Positions 41,933 to 53,204 are shown, counted from the stretch's first letter. The stretch is DNA of 64,000 bases from an uncultured virus (IMG/VR IMGVR_UViG_3300034104_004763) (IMGVR_UViG_3300034104_004763); one strand, 5' to 3'. Numbers and translations: made by a program. Notes: a model not told the origin generated them from the letters alone.

Positions 41933-42358
41933 ATGAAATTTAAATTGCGTGACTTTTTCTTAAATGAAGAAATTATAAATGAAGCTGGAGAATTGCATTA
42001 TGAGGCTACTTTCGGTGGTGAGAAATTCCAAGTTGTTGTAGATGTTAATAAAAATGAAACCAAAAAAGGTATCAAAGTTAAATTCTTCCCTGTTAACGAA
42101 CAAGGAATGGTTCTTAACAATTTAACACCTGAAGAAATAGACACTCTACAAAATAGTATAGCCACAACTGTATCTAAAAAATTTAACGAGTATGGTTTAG
42201 AATTTGATAGAGACACAGACGCACCTGATAAACAAGCAGCTAACTTCCAAATACCATTAGACTCAGTATTTACTTTTATTAGAGATAAAGTACTAGGTGG
42301 AGGTGGAGAAGCACCAGCTGAAGAAACAGAGGTTCCGAATGAAGAAGAAAACGCCTAA
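41933..42358 (+). CDS. Hypothetical protein with acidic leader (possible virion protein)
   Basis: MKFKLRDFFLNEEIINE; ATATTTAT upstream. Confidence 0.55.
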   Translation: MKFKLRDFFLNEEIINEAGELHYEATFGGEKFQVVVDVNKNETKKGIKVKFFPVNEQGMVLNNLTPEEIDTLQNSIATTVSKKFNEYGLEFDRDTDAPDKQAANFQIPLDSVFTFIRDKVLGGGGEAPAEETEVPNEEENA

Positions 42359-42659
42359 TTTAGTTTTAACAAGCTATAGTTTAAGAGGAATACTAGATTT
42401 TCTTTTTAATACTAAAGTTCAAGAGATTTTATACGTTGAAACCTTTAACAGTATAAAAACCGCGTTACAAGAAAAAAAACGAGAATGTGTTATATGTGAT
42501 ATTGGACAATTAGAGACCACTATAACACTTCCTAAAGCCAATTGGGAACCTGCTTTAAATTCAATATTAGAATATTATGTTAAAGTAGAGGACTATGATA
42601 AGTGTTCCCAAATTAACAAGTTAATACAAGAGTTAAATGGAGAAGGAAGTAAAAAGTAA
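42339..42659 (+). CDS. UVR-motif protein
   Basis: EDYDKCSQINKLI tail; likely start 42339; similar tail in ORF 46246. Confidence 0.5.
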   Translation: MKKKTPNLVLTSYSLRGILDFLFNTKVQEILYVETFNSIKTALQEKKRECVICDIGQLETTITLPKANWEPALNSILEYYVKVEDYDKCSQINKLIQELNGEGSKK

Positions 42660-43057
42660 TCTTGAAGAGGGATTCAATAAACTCTTCAATACATCAGTTA
42701 ATATTAAGAGACAAAAAAAGGATAAGGAATTAAGAAAAAAAACCTTATTTATATCCCTTATTAAACAGTATGAGGATGTTATATCCAATTCATTTAAGTT
42801 ATTTGATGGTTTTGGTATTGATTTAAAAGACTATGAAGATGCTTACCATCAAATTATAGACAAAGTAATCCTATTAAGTTGGGGACCTGACGTTTATGAA
42901 GTGATTAACTATTACTTGTATGATCGTTTTGCTATGGATGGGTTACCTAACTGTATTATAGAAGAAGTTGAGGGTGTAGAACAAGAGATATTCATAAGCA
43001 ATCCTGAAGAATTGTATAACTACTTAGTAAACATAAATCCTAATTTTTTGAAATAAA

Positions 43058-43178
43058 TAAGTTTGTTAATCTAATTTTTCCTTCGTATATTTATATCATA
43101 TAACTTAAAATAATAAAAAATGAACAACAATTTTAATTTAAAACAATTCCTTGCTGAAGGACGATTATTAAAAGAGGA
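43058..43178 (+). repeat. ~120-bp promoter + initiation region + leader-peptide repeat, copy 1
   Basis: Near-identical to 44654-44773. Confidence 0.9.
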
Positions 43179-43482
43179 TATTCAAAATTCCTCAAACCAA
43201 ACTGGTAGCAATGGTGATAAAACCTCACAAATAGAAGCCCTACTTAAACAAGAATACCCAGAGATAATAAATGATGGTGAAGTAGAAAAAGGCACAGAAG
43301 AATGGTTATTTTTACTACAATTAGCTCTTAAGGTATATGGATTAAATATTGCAAATGAATATGATATACTTAAAGCTACAGATGGTAAAGGACCTTACGC
43401 TAAACAAATAGCAAATTTAGGTTATGGATATGTTTCTGATTTAGAACAAGCTCTTGAAAATTTAGGAGTAGAAGTTTATTAA
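43120..43482 (+). CDS. Acidic protein with MNNNFNLKxFLAEG leader
   Basis: Leader shared with ORF 44715; unrelated remainder. Confidence 0.65.
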   Translation: MNNNFNLKQFLAEGRLLKEDIQNSSNQTGSNGDKTSQIEALLKQEYPEIINDGEVEKGTEEWLFLLQLALKVYGLNIANEYDILKATDGKGPYAKQIANLGYGYVSDLEQALENLGVEVY

Positions 43483-43999
43483 TACTCCCTTACATATAAG
43501 TTAATTTGGCTCCCATAGGGAGCCTTATTATATTACAATAAAAATTTAATATTATGAAACAGTATTTAAGTTATCAGTTTAACCCACACCCACTTGCAAA
43601 CAACAACATTAAATTAACCCTAGAAGACATTTATTATAAATCTTGTATGGGTGATCTTGAAGGTAATAATGATGGAAGTGAAGAATTTGAAATGTTAAAA
43701 CAATTTATCAAATTCAGGTTAAAAGTAAGTGGTGGAAGCGAGTGTAGTGCTGGTGGTGGTATTGGTTGTGATAGTGTAAATGGTTTCCTAAATGAACTAG
43801 CTTTGTTTGACAACATGATGTGTGATTGGGGTGGTGCTTACAGAGGTAGTTTTAGTGGTGAATGCCTAGATTCCCTAATAGAATTACTTGAAGAAGTAAA
43901 TTTTGAACAAGATGTATTTCCTGATTTAAATATTAAGGAATTAATTATAGAGGGGTATAAGGAAATGAATGGTATGAATGAAGATTAAAACTATAAGTT

Positions 44000-44656
44000 A
44001 TGGGAACTAGAGGTAAAGCCCCTAAAATTTACTCTAAAGAAGATTTGTTACGTGCAATGAAGGTTACTAAAAGTATTAGAGCAGCAGCTCGATACTTAAA
44101 CTGTTCATATCAGCATATTAAACCTTACTTTAAGTCCTACAGGGTTGACGACAACGATCCCAACTCGCCCACACTATTTGATACTCATAAAAACCAATTA
44201 GGAAAGGGTATTCCCAAATTCCTAAAACACCATGGTAAAGACCCTGACCTGCAAAAAATATTAACAGGTGAATTATACACTGAATCATTTAGTGTAGACA
44301 AGTTTAAACGCAGACTAATTCAAGAGGCAATACTAGCTGAAGAATGTGTTTGTTGTGGTTTTAAAGAACAACGAGTATCAGATTATAGAGTACCATTATT
44401 AATTAACTTTAAAAATGGGAACAAAAAGGATTGGAAACAAGACAATTTAGAGTTTCTTTGCTACAACTGCTACTTTTTAACAATCGGAGATGTGTTTACT
44501 AAGAAACAAGAACAGGGTATTGAGGATTATAATGAGGGTTATAAAGTAAATCAAGTAACATGGGAGTTAGATGAATACGCTGAAGAGCATTTTCGTTCAT
44601 TAGGATTTATTGATGATAAGGATAAGGATGATGACTTTATTTCTTATAATAATTAA
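44000..44656 (+). CDS. HTH plus degenerate HNH/Zn-finger protein
   Basis: SIRAAARYLNCSY; CVCCG...GNKKDWKQDNLEFLCYNC. Confidence 0.6.
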   Translation: MGTRGKAPKIYSKEDLLRAMKVTKSIRAAARYLNCSYQHIKPYFKSYRVDDNDPNSPTLFDTHKNQLGKGIPKFLKHHGKDPDLQKILTGELYTESFSVDKFKRRLIQEAILAEECVCCGFKEQRVSDYRVPLLINFKNGNKKDWKQDNLEFLCYNCYFLTIGDVFTKKQEQGIEDYNEGYKVNQVTWELDEYAEEHFRSLGFIDDKDKDDDFISYNN

Positions 44657-44773
44657 GTTTGTTAATTTAATTTTTTCTTCGTATATTTATATCATATAAC
44701 TTAAAATAATAAAAATGAATAATAATTTTAACTTAAAAAAATTCCTTGCTGAAGGAAAATTATTGAAAGAGGA
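44654..44773 (+). repeat. ~120-bp promoter + initiation region + leader-peptide repeat, copy 2
   Basis: Near-identical to 43058-43178. Confidence 0.9.
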
Positions 44774-45188
44774 ACGTTTCTATGCCCCTAACTATGTAAA
44801 ACAAAAATATGGTGATAAAGCATCTGAAATAGAGAATAATATACATGATGAAGAAGATAATAATCCCAATATTTGGGATTTATATACTTCTTTAGAATCA
44901 CCTGAAGAAGTAGATGATTTTGTTCAAGGGTTTATTAATGAATCTGAATTAAAAGAAAATGAAGGAGTAGATGAGCTTCCTTTAACTGATGAAATTAAAC
45001 AAGATGTTGATAATGCTGTAGAACGCGCTATTCGAGATGGTGAAATGGAAGAATTACAGACTGTTGGATATTGGGAAAATGATTTTGAAGACGCTTTATT
45101 AATGAACTATGAAGATCAACATCCAGACGCTTATATGATTAGTGATGAACTTCATAATTACATACAGAATAAAGTTTACGGAGAATAA
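44715..45188 (+). CDS. Acidic protein with MNNNFNLKxFLAEG leader
   Basis: Leader shared with ORF 43120. Confidence 0.65.
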   Translation: MNNNFNLKKFLAEGKLLKEERFYAPNYVKQKYGDKASEIENNIHDEEDNNPNIWDLYTSLESPEEVDDFVQGFINESELKENEGVDELPLTDEIKQDVDNAVERAIRDGEMEELQTVGYWENDFEDALLMNYEDQHPDAYMISDELHNYIQNKVYGE

Positions 45189-45203
45189 AATTTCAAATTA
45201 CCT

Positions 45204-45815
45204 ATGGAAGAGATATTAAGAATGCAACTTATAGCGGGTATAATTAATGAAAGTGAATATAAGAATTTACTAGAAGACATATCTGTAATAAATAAAATTT
45301 TAGACAAAATATCAGCCCAAGGTGAAAAATCTTTAACACCCGAAGAAAAAAATTATTTAGATCAATATTCAAAAGGAGAAAAGAATTTAATAGATCCTTT
45401 TATTTCTAATTCTACTGAGGTGTATATGTCAATTCCTTATAATGAATTGTATAAAATAAAAAATCTTCCTCCTATCCCACAGGCACCTGAAGAGATAACT
45501 TTTGATTGTGATGATATTAAAGATATAAAATCTTGTGAAAATTATCCTATAATGCTAAAATTACTTCAAAATGAAGGAGTTAAAACTATTTTAAAAAAAA
45601 TTAGTAGTTATGATCCTAATATGAAAGATAATTCTAATAATCCTTTATATTTTCATGGAATTTATTTCATAGGTAATTTTTCATCCCCTCTTGAAATAGC
45701 ATATGCTCAAGTATCAAATGATGGGTTTTTAATTATTGTAGATTCCTTGTCTGAATTTAGTGAAGGTTATCAAACTGAAGAAGAATGGAAAGTAAAAAAT
45801 TGGAAAAAATTATAA
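45204..45815 (+). CDS. Hypothetical protein with RMQxxAGIINE leader
   Basis: MEEILRMQLIAGIINESEY; ILDKISAQGEKSLTPEEK. Confidence 0.55.
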   Translation: MEEILRMQLIAGIINESEYKNLLEDISVINKILDKISAQGEKSLTPEEKNYLDQYSKGEKNLIDPFISNSTEVYMSIPYNELYKIKNLPPIPQAPEEITFDCDDIKDIKSCENYPIMLKLLQNEGVKTILKKISSYDPNMKDNSNNPLYFHGIYFIGNFSSPLEIAYAQVSNDGFLIIVDSLSEFSEGYQTEEEWKVKNWKKL

Positions 45816-46562
45816 AATTCCACCTTACATACAAAATACTTGGCCTCTTTAAGAGGCCTTCGTATATTATAATATAAAATAATAAGTTATGGCTAAAGGT
45901 AGACCAGCAGAAAATGACACTGTTATAAAACAATACACTCAAGTATTTACAGACCATAAAGGTGAAACAGCTACTTGGGAATGGGACAAAAACATTCACG
46001 CAAATGGTCCTATTAGTGTCACAGTTAAAGATCCTTATTGGAGTGTATTTGATAAAAAGGAAAAACAATTAGCTGAACTATTAAACAAATACGAGTCTAA
46101 AGGTAATGAACGTAAACCACGTATCACTAAAGCCGATAAAGAAGCAATTGAAAAGTTAGAAGAGGAAATAAATGAGATCTGGTATGACTCATTTCCTGAA
46201 GATCGCCCTAAAACTAGAAAACCAAGAACACCTAAAAACAAGTAAATGAAAGCCAAAAAAATGATCTTAAAGGATTTAGAAGAATTAATTGACTTTTCTG
46301 AAAATGAGCCTGAACAAATTCATCTCCAGACCTACAAAATGCTAAACCAAGAATGGAATAAAAACAAAAAATTCTCCATAGTTGACTTATTTGTAATTGA
46401 ATTAACTGATGATGAAGAAATGGAAGAGGTTATTTTAACTGTTCAAGAAGATGAATGGGAGCGAGCTTTAGAATTAGGATTAACACATTTTGAATTAGTT
46501 GAAAACTATGAAATGTGTGCTAAAGTTAAAAAATTATTAGAAACAATCAAAATTAAATAAAA

Positions 46563-46769
46563 ATGAGTTATTTCCAAGTAAACGTGTCTATAACAGACAT
46601 TAATGACAAAGGTAAACAAAGTAAAGTTACTGAACAGTATTTAGTAGACGCTGTAAGTGTAACAGATGCTGAAGTAAAAGTTACTAAAATGTATGAAGAC
46701 GAAGGTGGTCAAGTTGACTTCCAAGTTAAGAGTGTTAAAGAAACTAAAATTCTACAAGTAATAGAATAG
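46563..46769 (+). CDS. DUF4494-like protein
   Basis: GKQSKVTEQYLVDAVSVTDAE...VKETKI. Confidence 0.65.
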   Translation: MSYFQVNVSITDINDKGKQSKVTEQYLVDAVSVTDAEVKVTKMYEDEGGQVDFQVKSVKETKILQVIE

Positions 46770-47004
46770 TATTACCCGCCCCACCATTCCTCCATCCGTA
46801 TATACGCCATGAAACAATTATTTAAATTCAACGACAAACTCTATGTTATCGTACGCGATATGGCTACACACAATTTTGAAAACTCAAATGGTAGCATTAA
46901 CATGGAGGTTTTAAAGGCATGGAGGGATCATTTGGGGTGTGATCACGTTTTAAGACACAACGACCGTTACTTATTAGTACAAACAATACAAGACGCAATA
47001 ATAG

Positions 47005-47256
47005 ATGAAAACAGTAATTAAATATGAAGCAGGATGGTGTGGGCCATGTAAAGTATACTCTCCAACCTTTAATAGAGTAGCAGGTGAGGTATCAGGTGTA
47101 TCATTTCAAACAGTAGATGTAGATTCAGGTGATCCAAGAATAGTTGAACATGGAATTAGAAATGTTCCTACCACAGTGGTAGTAGAGAATGGTGTAGTTG
47201 TAAGACGCCAGAGTGGAAACATAAGTGCAGATCAACTAAAAGCATTGATAGGGTAA
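47005..47256 (+). CDS. trxA: Thioredoxin
   Basis: WCGPC, IRNVPT. Confidence 0.92.
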   Translation: MKTVIKYEAGWCGPCKVYSPTFNRVAGEVSGVSFQTVDVDSGDPRIVEHGIRNVPTTVVVENGVVVRRQSGNISADQLKALIG

Positions 47257-47280
47257 TATTTATTACCATACACTAAACTT

Positions 47281-48498
47281 ATGGCTCAATTAAAAGATTT
47301 ATTACCCCAAATACCTAAAGATGAATTAGCGATTTTAAAATCCCTAAATCAAGAATTAGGAAAAGAATTAACAGAAGCAACAGCTAAAGAAGCGGCTCAA
47401 GCTGTTAAAACAATTATTAAGGGGTGGAAGGGATGGTCACAAGCCATGTTAGCAGCAATGCTACTAACACCTAATATATCTAATGCCTTAGAGACATACG
47501 CTCCTGATACTTTAAATGCAATCAGAACTGAAATCTCAGGAGAAAAAGCAGCTAAAGGTGATCCAACTGCTGTTAAAACAGTAGACTTCTCACAAACATT
47601 CGTTTCAGGGCAATCAGAAATTGTTAATAAGCAAGTTATACTTACTAAAGTTAGTGATTTGAAAAAATGGATAAGTAATAATAAAACTAAACCATTTAAA
47701 ATTGTAATCACAGCTAGTGAATCTAGAGTACCTAACCCTGAAGGATTTGAACAAGGAGAATTGGCTCAAGCAAGAGGTGAAGCACTTAAAGCTGTAGTTG
47801 ATAATCTAGGAGCGCAAGATGTTGAGATTAAAACTCTAGTAGGAGGACCTGCTTGGGATGGTAAAAACAAAGACGATGCTAAATATACTAAACATCAATA
47901 CATTAAAGTACAAATAGTAATTGATACAGAAAGTATTTGTAGTTTAAGTAAAATTAGTAAAGAAGGAGAACAAGGTAACTCAGCTAATAACTTTAGAACC
48001 TATGATGAGTACCTAAATGGAGATGGTAGTATAACATTACATACTGGAACTATACCTGATAGAATGGTTGTATTAGATGAAAATGGTAGAATTACTCATG
48101 ATACTGGATATGTAGCAACAGATGGAACTAATGCTCAAAGTGGATATCAAGAATGGAATTTTGTTCCAATTTATGTTTTAAAATTAACTAAATTGAAAAC
48201 TAATAAAACTATAATAGGTTCAAATGTAGAGACTATTAAAGTTACTTCTTATGAGGATTTAGTTAGTAAAATGTTAAAACCTGGAGTAAAACAAACTAAA
48301 AGTGATACTGTTGATAAAGCCTTAGAGGAATTAAAATCAATGATTGAAAGTGGAGTTAAAGAGTTTGTTGTTTATAAAGTAGGAACAGGTGATTTAAAAA
48401 TAGAATTTAAGAATAGTAGTGGAGATTCTAAAGTCCAAATATTCTCACCCGTTGGAAAGACAGGTTTTGATTTAACAGGACAATGTACTAGAAAATAA
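47281..48498 (+). CDS. Hypothetical protein with OmpA-C-like segment
   Basis: ITASESRVPN...ELAQARGEALK...QYIKV resembles a peptidoglycan-binding fold; ATATTTAT upstream. Confidence 0.45.
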   Translation: MAQLKDLLPQIPKDELAILKSLNQELGKELTEATAKEAAQAVKTIIKGWKGWSQAMLAAMLLTPNISNALETYAPDTLNAIRTEISGEKAAKGDPTAVKTVDFSQTFVSGQSEIVNKQVILTKVSDLKKWISNNKTKPFKIVITASESRVPNPEGFEQGELAQARGEALKAVVDNLGAQDVEIKTLVGGPAWDGKNKDDAKYTKHQYIKVQIVIDTESICSLSKISKEGEQGNSANNFRTYDEYLNGDGSITLHTGTIPDRMVVLDENGRITHDTGYVATDGTNAQSGYQEWNFVPIYVLKLTKLKTNKTIIGSNVETIKVTSYEDLVSKMLKPGVKQTKSDTVDKALEELKSMIESGVKEFVVYKVGTGDLKIEFKNSSGDSKVQIFSPVGKTGFDLTGQCTRK

Positions 48499-48559
48499 AG
48501 ATAAGCTTGGTTTTACCAAGCTTTCTTCGTATATTAAATCAAATTTAAAATAATAAGTT

Positions 48560-48976
48560 ATGGAAAAAGAATTTATACCCTACGAACAAGCATTAGCTTT
48601 AAAAGAATTAGGATTTGATGAACCTTGTTTTGCTTATTATCTTAATGAAAAACTTAATATTTTTCATAGTACTTCTGTAAATGATAGAATTAACTCTAAA
48701 ACCAAAGATGTATTTAATTCAGATGTAGTTACAGCTCCAACATTCTCACAAGCATTTAGATGGTTTAGAGAGGAGTATAATTTAAGAGGTTTTATTGGCT
48801 TTAGACCTAATACTAAACAATTTGATTGTCACATTTATGATATGTCTTTATCTGGTAAAGAATATGTTAAACAAAGAACAATGGAAGAGTTTAACAAAGA
48901 CCCTAAAGTTGGTACTTACGAAGAAGCAGAACTTGAATGTCTTAAAAAATTAATAGAAATAGTTAAAGAAAAATAG
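48560..48976 (+). CDS. Hypothetical phage protein
   Basis: EFIPYEQALALKELGFDEPC...APTFSQAFRWFRE. Confidence 0.6.
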   Translation: MEKEFIPYEQALALKELGFDEPCFAYYLNEKLNIFHSTSVNDRINSKTKDVFNSDVVTAPTFSQAFRWFREEYNLRGFIGFRPNTKQFDCHIYDMSLSGKEYVKQRTMEEFNKDPKVGTYEEAELECLKKLIEIVKEK

Positions 48977-48978
48977 TT

Positions 48979-49590
48979 ATGGAAGTTAAAATTTACAGAG
49001 AGCCTGAAAATGAAGCTCTAATCTTAAATGAAGAACAGTTAGCAGAGTATCATGAGTTAACTGCTGAATTAGGATTACAAACTGTTGAGCAATCTCAAGA
49101 ACAGAAAGTACCAAATGTATATGCTTTTCTAAACTTAGCTATGACTAAGCAATTACATGCTATATGTCCTAAACATGTTGAGGTAGGAAATTATAGAAAA
49201 TCTACTATACCTGTAGAGGTATTAAAAGTGTTAAAGTTTGCTAAAGATAATAACATGTACGAAGGATATGAAATTTGGTATAATGATGTTGAACCTGATC
49301 CATTATTAATTGGGTGGAATTACTCAAGTGATAATGCTAGAGAAAAACAATATGGTTGGCAGAAAGACAGATTCTTAATGGCTAGATGGGGTGATTGCGC
49401 TATGGAATTACCTGAATTACTACAAGTAGGGTTTGATAAATTAAAACAAGAATTAATTGATAAAGCTAAGCAAGCCATATCAACTTGTAACTCAGTAATT
49501 AACGACCCGGACATTTACGTTAGAAAAATATTAAGTGAGCAAGCAGTTAATATTGATTTAACTACTACTTCATCAAATACAATTTATTAG
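48979..49590 (+). CDS. Hypothetical protein
   Basis: 203-aa ORF with DPLLIG...ARWG. Confidence 0.55.
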   Translation: MEVKIYREPENEALILNEEQLAEYHELTAELGLQTVEQSQEQKVPNVYAFLNLAMTKQLHAICPKHVEVGNYRKSTIPVEVLKVLKFAKDNNMYEGYEIWYNDVEPDPLLIGWNYSSDNAREKQYGWQKDRFLMARWGDCAMELPELLQVGFDKLKQELIDKAKQAISTCNSVINDPDIYVRKILSEQAVNIDLTTTSSNTIY

Positions 49591-49954
49591 AATTAGGGGG
49601 CTTTGCCCCTTAAATTTTTCTTCGTATATTAAATCAAATAAAAAGTTATGACAGATAGTACAAAATCACCAGCATCTAAAGAGTATCAATTATGGTGGGA
49701 AGCTAATCAGGAGCGAATATTAGCTCAAGATAGGCTTAACCATGATATGGATTACAAATCAGCATTAGTTAAACATTTAAAACAATAAGTTATGTGGGAA
49801 ATTAAATTAAAAGACGGGAGTGTTCAATGGATTAATGAACGTATAATAATGAAAATCTCCCAAAATGAGGATGGTACTTTTACATTAGAGCATTTTAATA
49901 ATTCTAAAATAATAATTAAAGGTTTTTCAAAATTATAATTTAAAAATAAAGGTT

Positions 49955-51076
49955 ATGATAAAATTTCCATCGCTGTATAAGCGTTCAAACAGTAAAGACC
50001 ACATTAATGAGTGGCAAATCGAAGTTGATGGTCATATGTTTAGAACTACAACTGGATTTGTAGGAATGAAAATGTTTACAGGTGATTGGACAACATGTTC
50101 TCCTAAAAACGTAGGTAAAAAAAATGGAACCACTGCTGAACAGCAAGCATTAGCTGAAGCACAAGCGTTATGGCAGAAACGTAAGGATTTAGGTTATTGG
50201 GAGGATGTTAATGACTGTGATAAGAAAGTGTTTTTTCAACCAATGTTAGCTCAAGACTATGATAAACGTAAAGATAAAGTTAAATATCCTATCTTATCTC
50301 AACCTAAACTAGATGGTGTTAGATGTATAGTTAAATCTGATGGAATGTGGTCCCGTAATGGTAAAGAAATTATATCTGCGCCTCATATATTCGAGAATCT
50401 AAAGCATATCTTTGAGAATCAACCCGACCTAGTATTAGATGGCGAATTATATACTTCAAATAGGGACGTTGATTTTAACACAATTATCTCATGTGTTAGA
50501 AAAACTAAACCAACACAAAGTGATTTAGACTTATCAGCTAAATACATTGAGTATTGGATGTATGACATAATTAATGATAAGGATCAGGGTTATGAAGAAC
50601 GATATGAGGATTTAATTGAATTAAAACAAGAATTTAATTTAGACCCATTTATGTTTCATGTAATAGCAACTTTTGAATTACCTGATGAAAAACATGTTAT
50701 GGAACAATTAAGTCATTATATTGAACAGGGTTTTGAAGGTCAAATACTAAGATATCCTGATTCGTTTTATGAAAATAAACGTTCAAATGGTTTATTGAAA
50801 CATAAAACGTTTCATGATGAAGAGTTTAAAATACTATCCATTAATGAAGGTGGAGGTAAGTTTGCTAATAAAGCCGCTACAATGTCATTCCAAACATCAA
50901 TTGGTGTTAAATTTGATGCTACTATTAATGGTACAATGGAGTACTTAGAGGAGGTTTGGGCTAATAAAGACAAATTAATAGGTAAGTTAGCAACTGTTAA
51001 GTATTTTGAAGAAACAACTGACGGTTCATTACGTTTTCCTAAAGTAATTAATATTGATAGAGCTAGTTATGAATAA
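49955..51076 (+). CDS. lig: ATP-dependent DNA ligase
   Basis: PMLA, QPKLDGVR, LDGELY, EGQILR, LLKHK, LRFP. Confidence 0.93.
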   Translation: MIKFPSLYKRSNSKDHINEWQIEVDGHMFRTTTGFVGMKMFTGDWTTCSPKNVGKKNGTTAEQQALAEAQALWQKRKDLGYWEDVNDCDKKVFFQPMLAQDYDKRKDKVKYPILSQPKLDGVRCIVKSDGMWSRNGKEIISAPHIFENLKHIFENQPDLVLDGELYTSNRDVDFNTIISCVRKTKPTQSDLDLSAKYIEYWMYDIINDKDQGYEERYEDLIELKQEFNLDPFMFHVIATFELPDEKHVMEQLSHYIEQGFEGQILRYPDSFYENKRSNGLLKHKTFHDEEFKILSINEGGGKFANKAATMSFQTSIGVKFDATINGTMEYLEEVWANKDKLIGKLATVKYFEETTDGSLRFPKVINIDRASYE

Positions 51077-52197
51077 GTTTATATTAACAATAATAGTATT
51101 ACTAAGTTTAACTTGTAATGCACAACGAAAAAATAAAGCATTTGACCGTAGATACTTTTATCATTGGGAATCAGTTAACCCACAACAATTTGATATGGAA
51201 ATTATCATCTATAAAGAGAGTGGTAAAGCATATGTAACTGAATTTAAAGCAGATCATGATGGTAAGTTAGGTGGAGGAATTTTATATGCTACAGTTTATG
51301 TTTGTAGGAATAAAAAAGGTAGAATGGCTGTAGAGACAATTGATCCTTCTACATTACAAATTATAGATAGTGAATATATTCTCACTAAGGATAAACAACT
51401 ACTAAGAGTAACACAAAACGATACAATCACATTTAAAAGAAGACATTAATATGATACGAGCAATAGTAGGAGCGATAGCAGCAGGATTAGTTTTAAGTGG
51501 ATTTGTAATAGGTTTTACTTTAATTATACAAGGTATAACAAAAGACATACGTAAAAATGGAAAAAACAGGTAATACTGAAAAACTCAAATACGAATTTGA
51601 GACTGCTGCTAATTTAGAAGTGTTTATGCCTAACTTAAAGGATTGGTATAGAGTAACCGCAAGAGAATTCCGTTCATTCACAGGAAAACGACGTATAAAC
51701 AACGTGGAATATGATGGTGATGTGTATCTGTATGGAACTAATAAGTTAGCTGATTTAAAAACTGTTATTCAAGATAGATTAGCAGGGTTTAGTTGGGTTT
51801 CTAAAAGAAGACCTGGAGAAGATTAGGAGAATTAAAAATTTTTTAGTATATTTAAATCATCAAATAATAAATAATGACAGAAAAATATTATCAAATATTA
51901 TTGAAAACAGGAAAAGTTCATCCATCACTTTATGTTAATCTTCAAACAGCCATTAGAAAGGTAGGAGTAGAAAATGTTAAGGAAATTAAGGAAATTAGAG
52001 CAGAATTAGTTAATGCCAAGTACAACGAAATAGTGGGAACAATTAATATAGAATAGTATGTCTAAAACATCATCAAAAAATAAGTATGAGCAATTAATGG
52101 CCTGGTTACCAACATTAAATCAGCCTAAAACAAAAGTAGAACAATCAACAACTAAATTCAGCAAAGCTGATCATTACAAATCTAAAGGAGTAAAATA

Positions 52198-52359
52198 ATG
52201 AGTGAAAGAAAGCAGATTATTAGTCAAGTAAAAGAGTTAGGTATTAAAACAAACAAACCTGCTCACATGTGCACTACAACTTATCTTAAAGGATTGTTAC
52301 CTAAAGAAGAAGTTAAGATTGGGTTTTTTAAGAGGGTTTTAAGAAGATTAGGCTTTTAA
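52198..52359 (+). CDS. 53-aa protein sharing its N-domain with ORF 58231 (not in ORF track)
   Basis: IISQVKELGIKTNKPAHMCTTTYLKGLL versus IIAEVKKLGLTTEKPAHQCKTEYLQELL. Confidence 0.65.
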   Translation: MSERKQIISQVKELGIKTNKPAHMCTTTYLKGLLPKEEVKIGFFKRVLRRLGF

Positions 52360-52406
52360 AGCCTTTCTTCGTATATTAGGGTATTATTAATTTAAAAATA
52401 AAGGTT

Positions 52407-53204
52407 ATGAGTTTAAAAGCATTATCAAAAGAGGAGTTAAAATCATTAGCACCTCAAACATTCAATCATGTAGTTAGTTCAAATTTAACTAGCAAGTATG
52501 TTCACATTCCAACAGACACTATTGTTGAGGACATGGAAGCATTAGGATGGTTTCCATTTAATGTTAAAACTGTTAAAGCAAGAAAGAAAAATGCTCAAAC
52601 AGCTAAACACTTAATTCAGTTTTTTAATCCTGATATTGTTATTAATGATGAGGAGGGTAAAGCTGATATGGTTCCAACATTATTGTTAATCAACTCACAT
52701 GATGGTTCCACAGCTGTTAGGTTTGAAATGGGTGTGTTTCGTTTTGTATGTGAAAATGGTTTAGTTGTTAAATCAAAGGACTTTGGTGGGTTCAAAATGA
52801 AACACATGGGTTACACATTTGAAGACTTAAGAGTTCACATCAATAACATGGTAAAGGAATTACCAACTGTAGTTGCTAACTTAAACAAGTTCTCACAAGT
52901 TGAAATGACACCTGAACAACAACATGAGTTTGCTATTAAGGCGGTTGAGGCTCGTTTTGGAGAAGAAAAACAACTAAATGATGAAGAAATTAAAAACTTA
53001 TTAGTAGCTGAACGTAAGGAAGATGTTGGTAATAATGTTTGGGTTGTATTGAATCGAGTGCAGGAAAAATTAACAAGTGGTGGGTTTAGTTACTTAGGTG
53101 TTAAAGGTAAACCAAGAAAAGCACGAGCGGTTAAGAATTTCACACAGGACGTTGAAATGAATACCAAATTATGGGAATTAGCTGAGACATATTTAGTTAA
53201 TTAA
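52407..53204 (+). CDS. DUF932/DUF945 family protein
   Basis: LLLINSHDGS, GVFRFVCENGLV, WVVLNRVQEKL, NTKLWELAE. Confidence 0.85.
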   Translation: MSLKALSKEELKSLAPQTFNHVVSSNLTSKYVHIPTDTIVEDMEALGWFPFNVKTVKARKKNAQTAKHLIQFFNPDIVINDEEGKADMVPTLLLINSHDGSTAVRFEMGVFRFVCENGLVVKSKDFGGFKMKHMGYTFEDLRVHINNMVKELPTVVANLNKFSQVEMTPEQQHEFAIKAVEARFGEEKQLNDEEIKNLLVAERKEDVGNNVWVVLNRVQEKLTSGGFSYLGVKGKPRKARAVKNFTQDVEMNTKLWELAETYLVN

